Shown: in pieces, positions 61,532 through 64,000 of the stretch
Numbering within the stretch: the first letter of the stretch is position 1
How the letters are laid out: every line of letters begins with the position of its first letter
IMG/VR virus record: IMGVR_UViG_3300036770_003021
Span: 62,001-126,000 of that record
DNA from: an uncultured virus (IMG/VR IMGVR_UViG_3300036770_003021)
Taxonomy: Duplodnaviria > Heunggongvirae > Uroviricota > Caudoviricetes
Direction: 5' to 3' (one strand)
Length of the DNA stretch: 64,000 bases
Position numbers and translations under genes: made by a program
The notes under the pieces: model-generated
Told to the model about the DNA's origin: nothing
The model's database searches: none
Seen by the model: only the letters and a program-made list of their open reading frames with translations

Positions 61532-62203
61532 TTATTTATATACTCTACCTTTAACATATCCGTTTGTCAAGTATGTTTGTAGTTGTTCTTTTTTAATTTT
61601 AAGATTTTTATTTGTTTCAGAATGATATACCCAACAAGTTCCATATTGGGAATTTTTTGCACCGGATTGTGCTACTTTTAGTTTTTCTCCGATTTTCTTT
61701 TTTGTATCTTCTTTATGTTTTTTACCGGTCCAATGAAAAGCATTTTGTTTCCATTTTTCCTTTAAAGATGTTGATACTTTCTGTTTCCATTCTTCAAATA
61801 ATCCTTTTTCAATTAAAAATTCTTTTATCTTATCTCCTGTCAACAAATTCTTTTTCCTAATCTCAATATTTTTATGATGTATATTTTTTCCAGATTCGTT
61901 TATATAAGAATAACCGCCATAACCACCTTCCATTATATTGTAAGTATTATTCGATTCAATAAATAATTGGTTTACAATTTCTCTTTCTTTGGAAAACATT
62001 TCTTCAGCGGTATCAAATATAAATAAAATTTCTTTAATAAAATTTTCTTCACCATATTTTTGTATTGCTCTTTTTAGAAGTTTTCCAGAACCCATATAAT
62101 TGTCCTGCAAATTTTTTGTTTTATGCATTCCAATGTAAATTTTTTGGTTCAATTTATTTGTAATCTTATATATCGTGTATTTATATTGAGCGTTCGTGTC
62201 CAT
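61532..62203 (-). CDS. GIY-YIG (Seg-like) homing endonuclease with NUMOD3-like motif
   Basis: TIYKITN...YIGMH, YMGSG, YNI..GG, GKKHKEDTKKKI. Start moved to MDTNAQ (62203). Confidence 0.9.
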   Translation of the reverse strand: MDTNAQYKYTIYKITNKLNQKIYIGMHKTKNLQDNYMGSGKLLKRAIQKYGEENFIKEILFIFDTAEEMFSKEREIVNQLFIESNNTYNIMEGGYGGYSYINESGKNIHHKNIEIRKKNLLTGDKIKEFLIEKGLFEEWKQKVSTSLKEKWKQNAFHWTGKKHKEDTKKKIGEKLKVAQSGAKNSQYGTCWVYHSETNKNLKIKKEQLQTYLTNGYVKGRVYK

Positions 62204-62252
62204 AATAATAAATATAGACACGAACTCAAATAATATTATTTTTTTTGAAATG

Positions 62253-62327
62253 CATCCACCGTAAGAATCGAACTTACCCACGGGCTTTTGGAGAGCCTGT
62301 CGCCTAATCCTTGGAACATTGGCGGAT
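62253..62327 (-). tRNA. tRNA-Trp(CCA)
   Basis: GGCT-CT-CCA-AA-AGCC; full CCA not encoded. Confidence 0.8.
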
Positions 62328-62337
62328 ATACTATAAA

Positions 62338-62414
62338 TGGCAGTCGCATTGGGATTTGAACCCTATTCTCCATCTTGAGAGGATGGTGTCCTATCACACA
62401 TAGACGATGCGACC
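62338..62414 (-). tRNA. tRNA-Glu(CTC)
   Basis: CCATC-CT-CTC-AA-GATGG, CCA. Confidence 0.88.
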
Positions 62415-62519
62415 GTTAAATATTGTGACGAGATTACCCCAGTAGGAATTACCCGGCATGCAAGGGCTCCTTCAATCTTTTGGGTTTAAGTCTCTTTGTT
62501 GCCCTCGTCACTTTTAAAA

Positions 62520-62597
62520 TGGTAGCCCCACGGGGAATTGAACCCACGATTTGTAGATTGAAAGTCTACCGTCCTATACCCATTAGACGATGAGGCC
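62520..62597 (-). tRNA. tRNA-Glu(TTC)
   Basis: GTAGA-CT-TTC-AA-TCTAC, CCA. Confidence 0.9.
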
Positions 62598-62608
62598 ATT
62601 ATATAAAT

Positions 62609-62686
62609 TGGTGCTTCAGTGAGGATTCGAACCCCAAACTCAACGTTCGTAGCGTTGCGTGATAAATCCATTTTCACCACCGAAGC
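62609..62686 (-). tRNA. tRNA-Arg(ACG)
   Basis: CAACG-CT-ACG-AA-CGTTG, CCA. Confidence 0.9.
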
Positions 62687-62692
62687 ATAAAT

Positions 62693-62768
62693 TGGTTACC
62701 CCACTTGGATTTTCACCAAGGTTGATGTCTCAGAGAACACATCCGTCCTAAACCTAGACGATAGGGTA
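62693..62768 (-). tRNA. Glu-type tRNA with 10-nt anticodon loop
   Basis: D-arm CGTCTAG..AGGACG as in the Glu tRNAs; GATGT-GTTCTCTGAG-ACATC; CCA. Confidence 0.6.
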
Positions 62769-62776
62769 ATTAAAAT

Positions 62777-62852
62777 TGGGGTGAATAAGGAGATTTGCAC
62801 TCCCTTTGATTGCTTCACAGGCAATGCTCTTACTACATAGAGGATATTCACC
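62777..62852 (-). tRNA. tRNA-His(GTG)
   Basis: ATTGC-CT-GTG-AA-GCAAT, G-1/C73, CCA. Confidence 0.87.
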
Positions 62853-62864
62853 ATTACTATAAGC

Positions 62865-62946
62865 TGGAGCCGTTGACAGGATTCGAACCTGCGATGATTT
62901 TCCAGTTTACAAAACTGGTGTTTTCAACCACTCAACTCACAACGGC
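62865..62946 (-). tRNA. tRNA-Thr(TGT)
   Basis: CCAGT-TT-TGT-AA-ACTGG, CCA. Confidence 0.87.
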
Positions 62947-62959
62947 GTTAAATTTTCTT

Positions 62960-63173
62960 TACTTCAACATTCACAGTAATCACCTCAGTAATACTGTCAT
63001 CGCCCTATGGGTTCTGTATTCCAGCATAACACCCACGGACCAATCAATTGATTTTCCCAGACTTTACCCTATCGTCAATTTCTTGACTCACTGGAGGAGG
63101 TTCAACAGATGGAGTTTCAAACCTTCCTTACTCTTTATTCAGTCTATCACAGCTTTCGCCATTGTCAACTGAC
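62960..63173 (-). ncRNA. unidentified structured RNA (~210 nt) at the head of array 2
   Basis: GNRA hairpins ATGGC-GAAA-GCTGT and GTCAA-GAAA-TTGAC; TCAGTT/GACTGA; TGGGT/ACCCA. Confidence 0.5.
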
Positions 63174-63230
63174 TTTTAAAATTTCTTTTTCGTCATCCAA
63201 TGAACTACTTACTTCGTTCACTGTTTAACT

Positions 63231-63258
63231 ACTTTACCACACATCCAAAGAACGTCAA
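63231..63258 (-). promoter_or_regulatory. sigma70-like promoter heading tRNA array 2
   Basis: TTGACG-N10-GTGTGG-TAAAGT. Confidence 0.7.
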
Positions 63259-63268
63259 CCCAGAAAAT

Positions 63269-63347
63269 AAAAAAACCGTCACTTTTTTTCGGTGACGGTT
63301 GATATTGTTTGGGTTTCAGATCTACATTTACACAATATCAGCCGCCA
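63269..63347 (-). promoter_or_regulatory. attenuator 2: antiterminator (63332-63347 with 63293-63308) overlapping terminator (63269-63300)
   Basis: TGGCGGCTGATATTGT pairs with ACAATATCAACCGTCA (15 of 16); alternative AACCGTCAC/GTGACGGTT plus U-run. Confidence 0.8.
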
Positions 63348-63411
63348 TACCTCTATCTTCACGATTTGTAAAGGTATTCCAACGCTTAATATTTGTATAA
63401 TGTACTTTCAT
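63328..63411 (-). CDS. putative leader peptide 2, MKVHYTNIKRWNTFTNREDRGMAADIV
   Basis: 27-codon ORF overlapping the antiterminator arm; codons match array 2 anticodons. Confidence 0.78.
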   Translation of the reverse strand: MKVHYTNIKRWNTFTNREDRGMAADIV

Positions 63412-63444
63412 TACGTTAATATATATCAAGAAATTTACTAAACG

Positions 63445-63594
63445 TCAATATTTTTTTGCAAAATTCTTTATAACCTTATAACAACTATAAAAACAATACA
63501 GTGTCAAAGCACTCAAAGCACCCACTCCAAAACTCATACCAATTGTTATAACCCAACCAATTATATTACGTTGCTCTTCGCTCAATGTAAACAT
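63445..63594 (-). CDS. small membrane protein (49 aa)
   Basis: Manual translation MFTLSEEQRNIIGWVITIGMSFGVGALSALTLYCFYSCYKVIKNFAKKY. Confidence 0.5.
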   Translation of the reverse strand: MFTLSEEQRNIIGWVITIGMSFGVGALSALTLYCFYSCYKVIKNFAKKY

Positions 63595-63670
63595 ATCGCA
63601 CAATACATACTTGTTTTTCAATCATTAAACTTATTATATTAAATTAAAATTATAAACAACTATTAACGCA

Positions 63671-64000
63671 ATGGTATCTATATCTGTTATGCACAATTTT
63701 ACCATAGACTATACAGACGGACTTGTTATAAACAACAACTACAACGATGTTGAATTCGCCAAAGACAAACAATCACACTACATGGTCAAAACTTACTTTG
63801 TGCACAAAAAAATAAAACGCAGCCTACAATCTCACCCAGATCAATTGGGCATCACAGCCACCATAGAAGAAACACACTCATCTTCAGATAAAACACTGCT
63901 CACAACCAATAACTGCAACCTGGGATGTTGGCTAATGCCAAGCTTTGTAAAACACTTTGTTCCATATCACGTAGACATTTATTACAACGACAAATTGTAT
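63671..64000 (+). CDS. partial hypothetical protein (runs off window)
   Basis: Open frame from ATG 63671/63689 to the window end. Confidence 0.55.
   Translation, partial: MVSISVMHNFTIDYTDGLVINNNYNDVEFAKDKQSHYMVKTYFVHKKIKRSLQSHPDQLGITATIEETHSSSDKTLLTTNNCNLGCWLMPSFVKHFVPYHVDIYYNDKLY

Noticed and set aside
62204..62281. Upstream start of the GIY-YIG ORF
   Set aside because: It overlaps tRNA-Trp; the ATG at 62203 fits the domain start
51923..63172. ORF-track entries over RNA genes (51923, 52029, 53607, 58818, 60235, 61255, 62486, 62810)
   Set aside because: They overlap tRNAs or structured RNAs and have no protein-like features

Overview
This is an AT-rich, gene-dense segment of a large T4-like (jumbo-type) myovirus genome that appears to use the standard genetic code. 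Most genes are on the minus strand. Bases 1-46 kb hold a very large tail sheath, a glycosylation cassette (two GT-B glycosyltransferases, one fused to a TibC/Aah-like O-heptosyltransferase, plus an FkbM methyltransferase), a fused Mre11-Rad50 (SbcD-SbcC), primase and RuvC. They also hold baseplate, spike and tail-fibre genes, a gp55-like sigma factor, Hsp20 and PhoH. Bases 51.4-63.2 kb hold a tmRNA and two tRNA arrays (about 31 tRNA genes by manual folding), interleaved with HNH and GIY-YIG homing endonucleases, a Mom-like enzyme, a porin, a protease, and many aberrant tRNA-like or stem-closed small RNAs. Main finding: each tRNA array is preceded by a short unannotated leader ORF followed by mutually exclusive antiterminator/terminator hairpins, and the codons of each leader list the tRNAs of its own downstream array. 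This suggests ribosome-mediated attenuators that sense tRNA shortage and switch on the matching phage tRNA array. A Verrucomicrobia-like host is weakly inferred. All calls come from reading motifs and folding by hand; no database searches were run.
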